From Leucoraja erinacea (taxonomy: Eukaryota), in assembly GCF_028641065.1 (NCBI RefSeq), contig NC_073390.1, forward strand, positions 28,458,001-28,522,000: 64,000 nt of DNA, in the 5' to 3' direction. Positions 24,727-36,549 of this stretch are shown here, in pieces (within the stretch, counting starts at the first letter, position 1; each line of letters starts with the position of its first letter). The notes beneath the pieces are model-generated. The model did no database searches. It saw nothing but the letters and a program-made list of their open reading frames with translations, and was not told the DNA's origin. The position numbers and the translations under genes are program-made.

Positions 24727-26160
24727 GTTGAAAGACGTGCGACGGAAATGGCGGGCGGAGAGAGCGCCCGTTACACCGCTCGCTCGGTCCAGCGCACGGA
24801 ACGTCCCGGGCAGCAACAAACCAAAGATCCAAGAGGAGCTCTTTGCAACAAACCTTCCCCAACGTGAGGGACTGACGACGCCGGAATCCGGAGCAACTAC
24901 CCGAGGATCTCAGCGGATCACGCAGCATCTGTCGACCAAAGATCTTTGCTGTCGACTGTCCAAGTCAATAGTGTTTTATTGTCACATGTCCCAGTTAGGA
25001 CAATTAAATTCTTACTTGCTACACAGATTCTCTCCACAGATACTGCCTGACCCACTGAATTCCTGTGGCTGTTGGGTTTTTTTTCTCACTCAACCTTGAC
25101 CTGGAAATGAAGAACCAACTAAATGGCCCGTTGAGCGGATTGATTTTATTGGTATTTAGATGGGGTTTTTTAACCAACGTCTCTTCAAACTGGATAGATA
25201 TATATATATGGCGGCGAATCAGGATTCATTGCAGTGCACATCAGTCAGCTGCACACTGCCAATGGAGAGGATTGACGAATGTATAGATAGACAGGAGCCT
25301 GCAAATGAGTTTGGAAAGTCTGCAAAGTAATCACGTTGGGTGGTGATACGGGGTGGGGCATAGGGCCATCAAATCTTCCAAACTCGAAATGACAGCAGAA
25401 AACTCTAATTAAGTAGCAGCGGCCGAGCATCTGATTTGCCCAATATGCTGAATAAGAATAATCAATTTATGATATGGTCTTCATTTTGTGGAAGAATACA
25501 TAAAAATATCTTTTGCACAGTTGTTAAAATGACACGGCTTATACATTTTCTGGAATAAATGTCACACCTAATGTGAGGGTTTTTCTCCAACCATGAGGTA
25601 CCCACTGCCATCACAAACGGTACTCTGGGAAACATGCCCCACATTAGGCCCAATCAAGAGGGTAAGTAATTTAACTTCAATTTGAATGCGGAGCCAGGAG
25701 CAAGAGTGTGCTGTGTCAGTCCCAATCCCAGTCGAATTTTGTTTGAGTTTCGAGCCTTCACTTCACTCTCTCTGCCTCGATCTCCCAACTTTTTAATCCC
25801 TGCAATCTACCCACTTGATCATTGGACATACAATACCCGAATCCTAGCCCTGATTATATTGTACTTTTGATTATTATTGTTTGTATACTCTGTAGCAAGT
25901 AGTTAGGTGGGCGCTATTGAAGCTGATGACTACAAGGGGTGGACTGTAGTGTAAGGGTTAAACAGACAATTTCAGCTAAAATATGGAATGGAGTTATCAG
26001 CTAAATTAGCAACCCTACATTTCCATTGCCTCTCGAAAACGTTTCCAGATGCGTTATCTCCTTGCATTTGTGATCATTGCCTGGGAACGCAGTCTTCAAG
26101 ATTATTCTATGGGAAAGCATAACGTTGGCAAACACAACCCAATAGTTGGGTAGACCACCC

Positions 26161-26174
26161 GCGCCCCCTGCTGG
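26161..26174 (-). promoter_or_regulatory. CTCF core motif
   Basis: The minus strand reads CCAGCAGGGGGCGC, a near-consensus CTCF site between the TRIM and SAP130 promoters. Confidence 0.6.
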
Positions 26175-26436
26175 TAGTAGTGCAGAAACATTGCAGACAA
26201 GGGGGGCTTATGATTGGCTCGGGGAGGGGGCAATGGTGCGGTCTGCTCTAATAAGAAATGCCATAAAGATTAGTGCTGGGCGCCCTTTTGGTGAGAGAAC
26301 CTCAGCCTGTGACCGTGTCGCGAACAGTGCCAGGTGATCAAGAAACATCCCGTGGCGTGCTCTAATGAGTTTGCGAGTGCGTACGGGTTTACGTGAGTGT
26401 ATGCAGAAACACCCTGTGGCCTCCTCTGCTGTGTAC

Positions 26437-26602
26437 TTCAAGAGAGAGCTCGATAGGGCTCTTGAAGATAGCGGAGTCAGGGGATATGGTGAGAAGGCAG
26501 GAACGGGGTACTGATTGGGGATGATTAGCCATGATCACATTGAATGGCGGTGCTGGCTCGAAGGGCCGAATGGCTTACTCCTGCACCTATTGTCTATTGT
26601 CT
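26437..26602 (+). mobile_element. CR1 3' end
   Basis: Same 3' UTR as 3070-3237, with a (TATTGTC)n tail. Confidence 0.85.
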
Positions 26603-26970
26603 GTGAGTGTGTTCGGGGATAGTCAGGGATACGTGAGTGTATGTACCTTATTTAGTAGTGTAATAAAAAACGGAATCAAAATGTATCTGAATCCAGTGAT
26701 TTATCGAACACAACATGGTGGAAAATATATTTGGATGGAAAGAATAGATAAGCATGGGTTGTCTTCATTGATACAGTGGAATATAAAAGCAGGAAGTTGT
26801 GTTAAAACTGTTAACAGAACCATTTAAACTAGAGCTTGGGTAAAGCATACAGTTTTGGTCAGTGCACTAGCAAGAAGATACAGTATATTTGCAGAGGAGA
26901 TTTACAAGAATACTGGTAAATAGCATCTGGATTGAAAAGCCTGGGCTAGAGTCTGAAGAAGGGTCTAGAC

Positions 26971-27401
26971 CAGTGGTTCCCAACCTTTTTTTGGCCATGC
27001 CCCACCTAATCACCTCTAAAATCCTGATGACCCCCCCCCCCCCATGTGGTGATATATAATTCTTATCATTTAAAAAGTGAACTCCGTTTCAGCTGAAGAA
27101 GCTTAAAACGCCAATACCTTGGTTTAAACAAGCTTCAAAAGAACATGGCATCCATGAAAAAGAAAAATGAAATAAACAAAAGACAGTTAAAGTTCTGAGC
27201 AAGAAATTACTAAAAAATTGTAAAAAAAAACATTAGGTGGTATTAAAATAATAATAATGATAAATATGATAATAAAAGAGTAACAAAGAGAGAAAAATCA
27301 AAATCAAAAATTTGGACCCAGACCTCAGTCGCGCTCAATTGCCCCCCTTAAAAATCAAATTGCCCTCCTGTGGGGCGTACGCCCCACGTTGGGAACCACT
27401 G
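26971..27401. mobile_element. hAT-Charlie-type MITE
   Basis: Perfect 14-bp TIRs CAGTGGTTCCCAAC / GTTGGGAACCACTG. The left flank GTCTAGAC fits the NTCTAGAN target; the right flank CTCTAACC is a degenerate TSD. Confidence 0.85.
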
Positions 27402-28654
27402 CTCTAACCATTTCCTTCATTTTCCTAACAAACTGACCTGAAGTCATTTTCACCAATATTTTCAGTATTTTGCTGTCTTCCTCTCAGCTGGGACTTTTCC
27501 GAAATGCAAAGTCCAATAACTATATATTTAAGCAATAATATTCTATTTAATGTGATCTTGAGAGTACATAACATTTTCTGTGATATTCATACACAACAAT
27601 GATAAAAAGATCTTTGCTTTGATTGCACCTACCAACATGCATACATTATTATATTACAATTAATATGTACCGAGGGCAAATATTTATTCCAATGCTCCCC
27701 ATTCCCAATTACTTTTACATTGAAGTGATTGAAATCCAAGTGAAGTTTAAATGGCATCAGAAAAATAAAACCTCTGGAATGGATGATATTCATTATGTGG
27801 ATGGTTGGAGTCAGTATCAGCACAATTATTATATTAAACTTTGAATCTTCAGATGTCCTGGTTCAAGCTAAAACTAAAGACAAATAATAACCTCCTCACA
27901 CATTCCCCTGCAAGTAACTCTGTCACTCCTTTAAAATATGCCCCTTCTTTGAACAAGCTCTTAAACATTGCATCTGAATCAGTTTCCATCTGATTCCACT
28001 CCTTGAGGATGTTCATCTACATGTTCAATTAATAAAACAATGAGATTGGGGACATTTCCATTCAACCTGTCAAAGGAATTTTTTTGGGGGGGGGGGGGGT
28101 TAGAAATAGTCTGAGGTAAACAAACATAATAGTTGAGTGGCAAATGACAATAGTGCTACCCTCCCAATATTTAACCGAAGGAAATAATGGGTTATCGGGG
28201 TTGTATGTTGTGACAGACACCTTGCATGTAATTTTAATATTACATTTATCCCATCCACCTGGATATTCTGGATTAATAAATTAAGGTTTTGTCAATTAAT
28301 TACAAATCAGGATAATTACAAATCAATAACATTAGCCAACTCCGAAATCCGAAGCGCTGAGCATTGGGATCCAGACATCACGGACAACTGGCCTCAGTTC
28401 TCAACTCACATCTGGCAGTGCTCACCGTCTGAACGAGGGGCCGCGGAGCATTTTTTAAAGTGGGGGGCCTGAGCGATTACTGGTCTTGCGGGTACCCGGT
28501 GAGGGAGTGAAGCGACCGAGTGGGGGGAGGGGTACACCCCTCCCACAGTAGGGACTTTTTGAAATTTGATGTATTCAAATCATGTTTTAGTGCATTGTAG
28601 AAGTATGATTTCAATGTTTTCTGTTTGAAGTATTTTTAAGAAGTAACTTTGTAA

Positions 28655-28785
28655 GGGGTAACTTTTTCCGCACAAAGGGTGGTGGGTGTATGGAACAAGC
28701 TGCCAGAGGAGGTAGCTGGGACATGTTGGCAGGTGTGGGCAAGTTGGGCCGAAGGGCCTGTTTTCATACTGTATCACTCTATGTC
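28655..28785 (+). mobile_element. CR1/HER1 3' fragment
   Basis: ORF2-end motif gggtggtgggtgtatggaacaagctgccagaggaggtag and tail gggccgaagggcctgtttt. Confidence 0.7.
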
Positions 28786-28855
28786 TACATTATACCTCCA
28801 CCATGCATGAATGCTTCAAAATCAAGTGGTCGTTTTATTGCCATATATACTCAAG

Positions 28856-29171
28856 CATAGAAACATTGAAAATAGGTGCAGGAGCCAACACTGCCATTCA
28901 ATATGATCATGGCTGTTCATCTAAAATCAGTACCTCTTTCCTGCATTTTCCCCATATCCCTTGATTTCGCTAGTCCTAAGAGCTAAATGTAACACTCTCC
29001 TGAAAATATCCAGTTAATTGGCCTCCACTGCCTTCTGTGGCAGAGAATTCCACAGATTCACAACTCTGTGTGCAGAAAGTTTGTCCTCATCTCAGTCCTA
29101 AATGGCCAACCCTTTATTCTTAAACTGTGATCTCCGGTTCTGAACTCCTCCAACATCGGGAACCTTTTTTC
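28856..29171 (-). mobile_element. CR1 3' fragment
   Basis: Reverse-complement homology to 2910-3237. Confidence 0.85.
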
Positions 29172-29692
29172 TGCAGTTACAGTAAGTGAAAATCTAGCAG
29201 GCAAGCAGGATGCTTTCTCTAACCACCCCCATTTGAAGGCCACTATCTTCCACCACTTCTACCCAGTGCTTGGTACCTCCTTCCAGCAGCCATTGGTTGT
29301 CCTCCAGGATGCACTGAACTGCAGCCTGGTCCATGACGGTCACCAGGGCGAATTCGGCAGACTCTCACGGCAGCGGCGCAACGCTTCCGACGGCCCGGGA
29401 CTCTTGCACTGAGGTTGCTCCAACGCCGGAGCTGCAGCGAGCGACTCGCCAGGCCGGCATACACTCGCCAGCCCCAGCTCCCCGTCCGCATCTGTCCCCG
29501 CCGCTGCTTCTGCTTCCATCCCTCCCTTCACCCCAACTCTCCAACACCCGCAGCCCATACAGTTGATATTAGTTTTGAAATTCTCATTGATCACAGAATT
29601 TCTCACGAGAGCGTGAGAAATTCTGTGATCAGCGTGAGAATTTGGCGAAATGCGTGATTCTCATGCTCAATGCGTGAGAGTTGGCAGCTCTG
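29172..29692. mobile_element. One-ended hAT (Tip100-like) element fragment
   Basis: Ends GTTGGCAGCTCTG (reverse complement CAGAGCTGCCAAC) with subterminal GCGTGAGA repeats. The partner TIR is not seen. Confidence 0.55.
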
Positions 29693-30779
29693 CAATACGT
29701 TACCCATTCATTCTCTCCGAAGATGCTGCCTGTCCCGCTGAGTTACTCCAGCTCTTTGTGTCTATCTTTAGAGTTTCATTGTTCCTTTTGACTTATGAAA
29801 ATAGAACTCTTTTGACTGTTTTCTGCACCCTCTTTAACTTAGTGATACCCTTACTACAGCAGGGACACACAATACTCCAAACTTGGCCTTATTTTAAAAC
29901 AGTAACACAACATCCAAACTCCAGTGCTCAATATGTTTAAGTAGGAACTGCAGATGCTGGAAAATCGAAGGTGGACAAAAATGCTGGAGAAACTCAGCGG
30001 GTGAGGCAGCATCTATGGAGCGAAGGAAATAGGCTTGAAGAAGGGTTTCGGCCCGAAACGTTGCCTATCTCAATATGTAGGAAGGAACTGCAGATGCTGG
30101 TTTAAACCGAAGGGACACAAAATGCTGGAATAACTCAGCGGGACTGGAGTCTGCAGTCTGAAAGGATCTCGACCCGAAACGTCACCCATTCTTTCCATCC
30201 AGATGCTGCCTGTCACGCTGTTGCTCCAGCATTTTGTGTCCAGTACTCAATATCCTAATTGCTGAAGGGAAGGGTGCCACCCTGTCTACTCGTGTTACCA
30301 CCTCCATAGAATTATACATATCCATCCCTACAAAACTCTTCAGCGCAGTTTACTGTGTTTGATGTTGTTTGGAGACTGAGGAAAGACAATTGCGAATGAA
30401 ATTACACGACGTAGATCAGAAATAGGAAGGCCATCTTTCTCTGTTAACGGTGAGGTGAAAAAACAGGGGGCGTACACTTAAAGGCATTGGTGGCGGTACA
30501 GGGAGATCTAATGGCCGCCTCTGGGTTGTAAATTTAACAGGATTCCGCCATAACCATTAATAACAGGCATCAGGGAAAGTGCGTGGCGTGACATCCTATT
30601 TTTGATCAGGCCACGTCGTACAGTGAGTATTTTCTACATGTTTGGCCTCACAAGGCAAGGGGAAACAGCCCATTGCTGGCAGCCCGTTCCTACCCGACCA
30701 CGAAAACAGACAGACAGACACAGTCTGCCACTGCCACACACTCACGAAAGGCCAGAGACTCCCACTCCCAGCAGGCGGC

Positions 30780-31040
30780 GCGGAGGCACTGCTCTGTCAC
30801 GGGTTGCCACGGCAACCGGGTCAGAGTTCACAGCCGCCCAGGACTGACCAATAGAGGCCGAGAGGGCGGGGCCGCGGAGCACTAGCCAATAGAAACACGT
30901 GTTTCACGTTGAATCGCCGCGCTCAGCCTGGTCATCATCCAATGGCAATAGAGAGGATTCCCGAAGCGAGCCAATCAGAGAGCAAGTTGCTTGGGGCGTC
31001 GTCGATGGGCAGAGAAGCCTCGGGAAGCGATTACCCGCAA
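30780..31040 (+). promoter_or_regulatory. SAP130 CpG-island promoter
   Basis: CCAAT boxes at 30848, 30886, 30939 and 30971; GC box GGGCGGGG at 30863; E-box CACGTG at 30896; RFX X-box GTTGCCACGGCAAC at 30803-30816; CpG-rich. Confidence 0.8.
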
Positions 31041-31104
31041 CAGGGGGAAAAAGTGCGAGCGTCGAGGTGACGGAACACAGCGGCTGCTGAGTGTGGGCGC
31101 CGAG
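31040..31104 (+). other. SAP130: Probable non-coding first exon of SAP130 (start approximate)
   Basis: Donor GAG|gtgagg at 31104/31105 lies just downstream of the CCAAT cluster. The ATG-bearing exon has an acceptor at 35402, so an upstream exon is required. Confidence 0.55.
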
Positions 31105-32545
31105 GTGAGGCCCGTGTCGGCGGAAGACGCGCCGGGCCCCGGGTCGTGTCGGCGGGAGACTCGCCGAGACCCGGGCCGTGTCGGCGGGAGACGCTCCGAT
31201 CCCCGTTGGTGGCAGAGGTGGAGATGCACCGGATGATGATCTATTAGTGACTCGGTGGAAAGCGATCAGGAAGTGGGCAGTATCCGAGGTCGGGCGATAC
31301 CGTGGGTAATGTGACTGAAGTGTAGGGAGACAAATCAGCCCTGAGTTTCTTCCGTGGAATATTGGAAAACATCAGACATCGACTGCGTTCTTGTGAAAGG
31401 GGAGACGCATCAGGCCTTGAGCAGTATTAGAGAGAAAAGATGGGCATATTGGGGCGCAATCAGAAATACTGAGGGAAGGGGAAACACATTAGACTCTGGA
31501 CAAGGTTGGAGAGACTGTAACACTACTGAGGCAAGGAGAGATGTCCAATTATGGTCGGTTAGAGAGATGGGGAAAGATATATTAGCTCTGGAATTTGTTA
31601 GTGAGAGTACAAAGACACATCAAGCGCTGATTCCTCTAGAGGATGCACTTTGTCTACAGACTGGATTTTTAAGAGATGAGCATACTTTTAAAGGGAGAAA
31701 GAGACCCTCGGCTTTGGACCATCTTTCTGAGAGGAGGACATTTACTTCTGGTCCTGGACTATATTACTGAGACAGTCCTGACATTAAGACATCAGGCTTT
31801 GAGCTACCTTGGTGTAGGGTGCATTGTTGAGGCGGTGGAGATATATTTATATCAATACAAGTTAGTTTTCAGAGAGGGGGGTGGGGGGAGGAATGTAGTA
31901 GAACAAAGCAATGTATCTGATAGGGTGGGTAGAAATGGCTTGAGGTGGCTGTTGACAGCACATTAAGCTGCTTGGTCTGTCGAAGTCGTACTAATTTTCA
32001 TTTATGAAAATGAATGGTGGCTCACCATCCTTTGATGCAATATTTTGAGTTTTTTGTAAATAGTCTTTGGGGAAGGAGCTTTTCAGTGATTTGAGAAAGT
32101 GACATTAAGTGAAACGACATAAGATTAATGTGCTTGTACAGATGAGAAAGTTTGTCTACTTGGTGAGTTGGAATTTAGGAACTGAATGTCTAATTTAAAT
32201 ACTACAGGTTGCAGTTTGAACATTCACAACTATAGGATGAGTATGTTTCACAAGGGAAGCTAAATGTGGGCTACTTGAGGTGTAACCCCAGTCAGTTGTT
32301 AGTCCCTCTACGGTCTTATTTATATTTAGGTTGCTGTGGAATGGAGTGTGCTTTGCAAGCGTTTAGTGACACGTGAAGCTTGTTTTGTAGAGGAAGGAAG
32401 TTAGACAACAAGATTAAGATTTGGGTTCTGTTTTGTTCCAACTAGGTTTATTTGGGTTATTCCACTAGTTTGAATTGTACAACAATAGCACAAGAAGAGG
32501 TCGCTTAACCTGTTGTGCTAGTTGAACTCTTTGAAAGTAATTATA

Positions 32546-33460
32546 ACCATATAACAATTACAGCACGGAAACAGGCCATCTCGACCCTTCTAGTCCGTGC
32601 CGAACACGTATTCTCCCCTAGTCCCATACACCTGCGTTCAGACCATAACCCTCCATTCCTTTCCCGTCCATATAACTATCCAATTTATTTTTAAATTATA
32701 AAAATGAACCTGCCTCCACCCCCTCATGTTACCCCTAAACTTCTGTCCCTTAATTCTCAAGTCATGTCCCCTTGTTTGAATCTTCCCTACTCTCAGTGGG
32801 AAAAGCTTAAATTCCTTTTAAACAAAAAAACATTTGTTTGCTGAAATGTTTATTGGTTGATGACATGGACTGTTCAGTCATTGTCTTGCTGTTTAATCGG
32901 ATGTAAGTGGGAAGGGAGGCACGAGCCTCCTGAGCTTGGAGACCTATTAGTATGTTGTTTCAAAATGAGCTTTGCTCTGCTATAATCTTTCCAGAATATG
33001 TAAGTTGTTCATAAGTTGTAGGAGCAGAATTAGACCAATTAGCACATCAAGTCTAGTCTGTCATTGCTGATCCATGGCTGGTCTATCTTTCCCTCTCAAC
33101 CCCATTCTCCTGCTTTCTCCCCATAACCACTGACCCCGTACTAATCTAGAATCTATCAATCTCCACCTTAATAAAATATCCATTGACTTGGCCTTCACAG
33201 GCAACGAATTCACCATCCTCTAACTAAAGAAATTCCTCCTCGTCTCCTTTCTAAAGTTACATCCTTTTATTCTGAGGCTATAGCCTCTGGTCCTAGACTC
33301 TCCCACTAGTTGAAACATCCTCTCCACATCCACCCTATTCAGGACTTTCACTATTGGGCAAGTTTCACTTAGGGGCCCCCCTCATCCTTTTAAACTACAG
33401 TAACTATAGGCCCAGTGCCAGCAAACGCTCATCATATGTTAACCCAATCATCCCTGGAAT
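32546..33460 (-). mobile_element. Two CR1 3' fragments (about 32546-32808 and 33001-33460)
   Basis: Reverse-complement CR1 tails and ORF2-end motifs. Confidence 0.75.
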
Positions 33461-33659
33461 TATTTAACTTTATACATACAGGGTTTCATGCTGATAGGGG
33501 AGGTATACAACAACAGCCTCCTTTTGCCCCTCCATATTATTAGATAGTGGAGTTTCCACAGATGCTGCTTGTTCTGGGTATTGTCAGCATTCTCTTCCAT
33601 TTCAAATTTCCAGTCACTCCTGTGTTCTTTATTTCTCAGCTCCAGCATTGATTTCTTTT

Positions 33660-34625
33660 GTAGGTAGACACAAACTGCTGGAGTAACTGAGTGGGACAGG
33701 CAGCATCTCAGTCAGGAGAGAAGGAATGGGTGACTTTCTTCAGACATTTTTTGATTTCTTTCGTGCCTCCTTTGTCCTCATTCATTTTTCATTTACATCT
33801 CTCCAGAACACCTCATCTGCAATTACAAACCATCTATTCTTTAGAGAAAGGAGGAACTGCAGATGCTGGGTTACATAAAAAGCCCCCACAAAGTGCAGGA
33901 GTAACTCAGCAGGTCAGACAGCATCTCTATAGATCATGGGGAGGTGATGTTTCGGGTTGGGACCCCTCTTCAGCCTGATCTTACGGTTTGTTTTGGGGGG
34001 GGGGGGGGGGGGGGGGGGGAGCTGGAGGTGAAAGCTGGAAGAGAGCAGGCCTGGCAAATAATGGGTGGATAGAGGCGAGGGGGTGAACACTTGCGCTCGG
34101 TCCACAAAGGCCTACTGGCTTTCCCAGTTGCTTATCATTTTCAATTTTTCTTCCCATTCCCATACTGACTTGTCTCTCCTGGGTAGACAAAAATGCAGGA
34201 GAAACTTAACGGGTGAGGCAGCATCTATGATGCGAAGGTATAGGTGACATTTCGTGTCAAGACCCTTCTTCAGACTGGGTGGGGGGGGGGAGGAAGAAGA
34301 AAGGAAGAGGCGGAGACATTAGACTGTGGGAGAGCTGGGAAGGGAGGGAAAGGAGGTAGAAAGCAAGGACTACCTGAAATTGTAGAAGTCAATGTTCATA
34401 CTGCTGGGGTGTAAACTGCCCAAGCGAAATATGCGGTGCTGCTCCTCCAATTTGCGGTGGGACTCGCTCTGGCCATGGAGGAGGCCCAGGACAGAAAGGT
34501 CGGATTTGGAATGGGAGGGGGAGTTGAAGTGCTGAGCCACCGGGAGATCAGGTTGGTTAATGTGAACTGAGCCACTATCTCTCCTGGGCATCCTCCATTG
34601 CCAGGGTGAGGCTGCGCGCAAACTA
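33660..34625 (-). mobile_element. Cluster of Penelope-like 3' fragments
   Basis: Encodes NQPDLPVAQHFNSPSH...RKLEEQHRIFRLGSL; close to 11700-12115; several terminal repeats. Confidence 0.85.
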
Positions 34626-35407
34626 TTTTTACTCACTGTCTTTTCTTTTTTTTTTAATATCTTTTTTATTAGAAGCAAACATATTATGGTAAAGTATAGT
34701 TACATATTATAGTAAAAAAAACTTTTCATATACCAATCATACATTATTTAAAATTTTCAATTGTCGATTAATTCTGCTTCTAGTGTTTTTTTATGTAGAT
34801 AGAAAGAGAGAGAAAGAGAAAAAAAATAATTACAAATATCAAAAAAGAGAAAAGGTGGAATGAATTACTTATAATACGTCATTGGAGATAAGTTCGTAGA
34901 TTATAAAGTATAACTTTTCATCTAATCCTGAGTTCAAGCTTCAGTTGGGTTTTCGTGCCAGGCCAATCTATCCCTTCAAGTCTCACTGTCTTTTCTTAGC
35001 TATAATCTTATCTGATTCAGTTTTGTCTTCACCTGACCGCAGGCTTTCTTTGTTCTCTCCACCCATTTCACTTCTCTTGACCATGATGTACATAGTTTCA
35101 AACATTTCCTGCAAGAAACACGATGTGTTGAAGTAACTCAGTGGGTTAGGGAACATAACAACATTGTTCTTTGCTCAAGGTTCCAGTATCCGGATTGTCT
35201 GCAAAATTCCTGTTTTTGAAAAATGATTGACCTGAAGCATTAACTCTATTTCTGTTCGCATCTGTGCTGCCTGACCAGCTGCATATTTTCTGTTTTTATA
35301 TCAACCTTTCAGCATCTGCATCTGTTTTTTGCTTTCTGTTATCTTTTGATTCCTACTGCTGTTCTTGTTGTATAAACTACCATGTGGCTATTTCATTCCA
35401 AGGTCCA

Positions 35408-35528
35408 ATGAGCACCCAACAGTTTCCACGACCTGGTGTGTCTTCATCGAGCTTGGGAGCTGGCCAGACTTCCATCACCAGCATGCAGAACACCAGTGGT
35501 CCAGTGGCACCAGGCAATAGCATAACAG
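35408..35528 (+). CDS. SAP130: SAP130 first coding exon
   Basis: MSTQQFPRPG..., compared with recalled SAP130 MSSQQFPRLG; donor G|gtatgt, phase 1. Confidence 0.9.
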
Positions 35529-36288
35529 GTATGTCTGTTCAACGTTTTTATGTTCCTCAGCAACCTCTAAAGCTTAATTGAATTTGCAATGAATGTTTTG
35601 ACTTCATAAGGCCACGTGCAGATTGAATTGGTTTAAAATAAATTAAATAGGAATGGCATACAAGCTGTTACATGCTTCCAGTTTTTCTCTCCTCCACTTT
35701 CCCACCTCCCTCCCCTCCAATCAATCTGAAGAAGGGTCATGACCCGAAACGTCACCTATCCATTTTCTCCATAGATGCTGCCTGACCTACTGAGTTACTC
35801 CAGCATGTCTATATATGGCCTACAAGCTGACAGGTTTTTATTTAAGATAGGTAGTTCTGCTATAATGGTATAGCCGCTTTCTAAGAAATCTCACGTTATA
35901 GTAAATTGAGTTATAAAATGTCAATAGGCAAAGGACGTTTAGGGACTAGAGAGTTTCAGGCCTTTTTTCTGCAGGATTTTGATACTGCAATCCAAAAATG
36001 CTGACGACTGTATGTTATTTCTTTAATCTAATATCATTGTACTTGTGTCAATAGAAGTGATTGCTTGTCAATTTCAATGGCCACCTGCAGTGAAACTGAC
36101 AGACTGTGTTCTTAAGGGACAACAATGTCCAATTACTGTGATACTACGTGGAAATGTTTTTCGGCAGGACAGCTTTTTTTCTGCTTGCCAATTTTTAAAG
36201 TAACTTTCAGATAGTTTGTGTTATTCATAATTCACATTGTGTATACGTGCATTATAGCAGACCTACTTGTGCACTTAAATGGGCCATA

Positions 36289-36549
36289 ACTGGTCCTAAT
36301 CCTGATTACAGGTGCTGTCTCAACGGAGTTTGTACGTTCTTTCCACGACCAGCGGGTTTTCTCCGGGTGCTCCGGGGTTCATCCCACACTCCAAAGACGT
36401 ACAGGTTTGTAGGTCAATTGGCGTGATAAAATTGTAAATTGTCCCTAGTGTGTGTAGGATAGTGTTAATGTGCGTGGATCGCTGGTTGGTGCGGACTCGA
36501 TGGGCCGAAGGGCCTGTTTCTGCGCTGTATCTCTAAACTAAATTAAACT
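36289..36549 (+). mobile_element. V-SINE (5'-truncated)
   Basis: Matches 15060-15316. Confidence 0.85.

Noticed and set aside
24235-25099. Plus-strand 150 and 174 aa ORFs
   Set aside because: Antisense shadows of the GC-rich TRIM exon 1.
25095-25775. Interferon-response elements upstream of the TRIM
   Set aside because: Only partial GAAATGAAG / GAAGTGAAG matches; no full GAAANNGAAA site was seen.
28436-28610. Terminal fragment of another DNA transposon
   Set aside because: Suggestive GC-rich end motif, but no partner TIR or TSD in the window.
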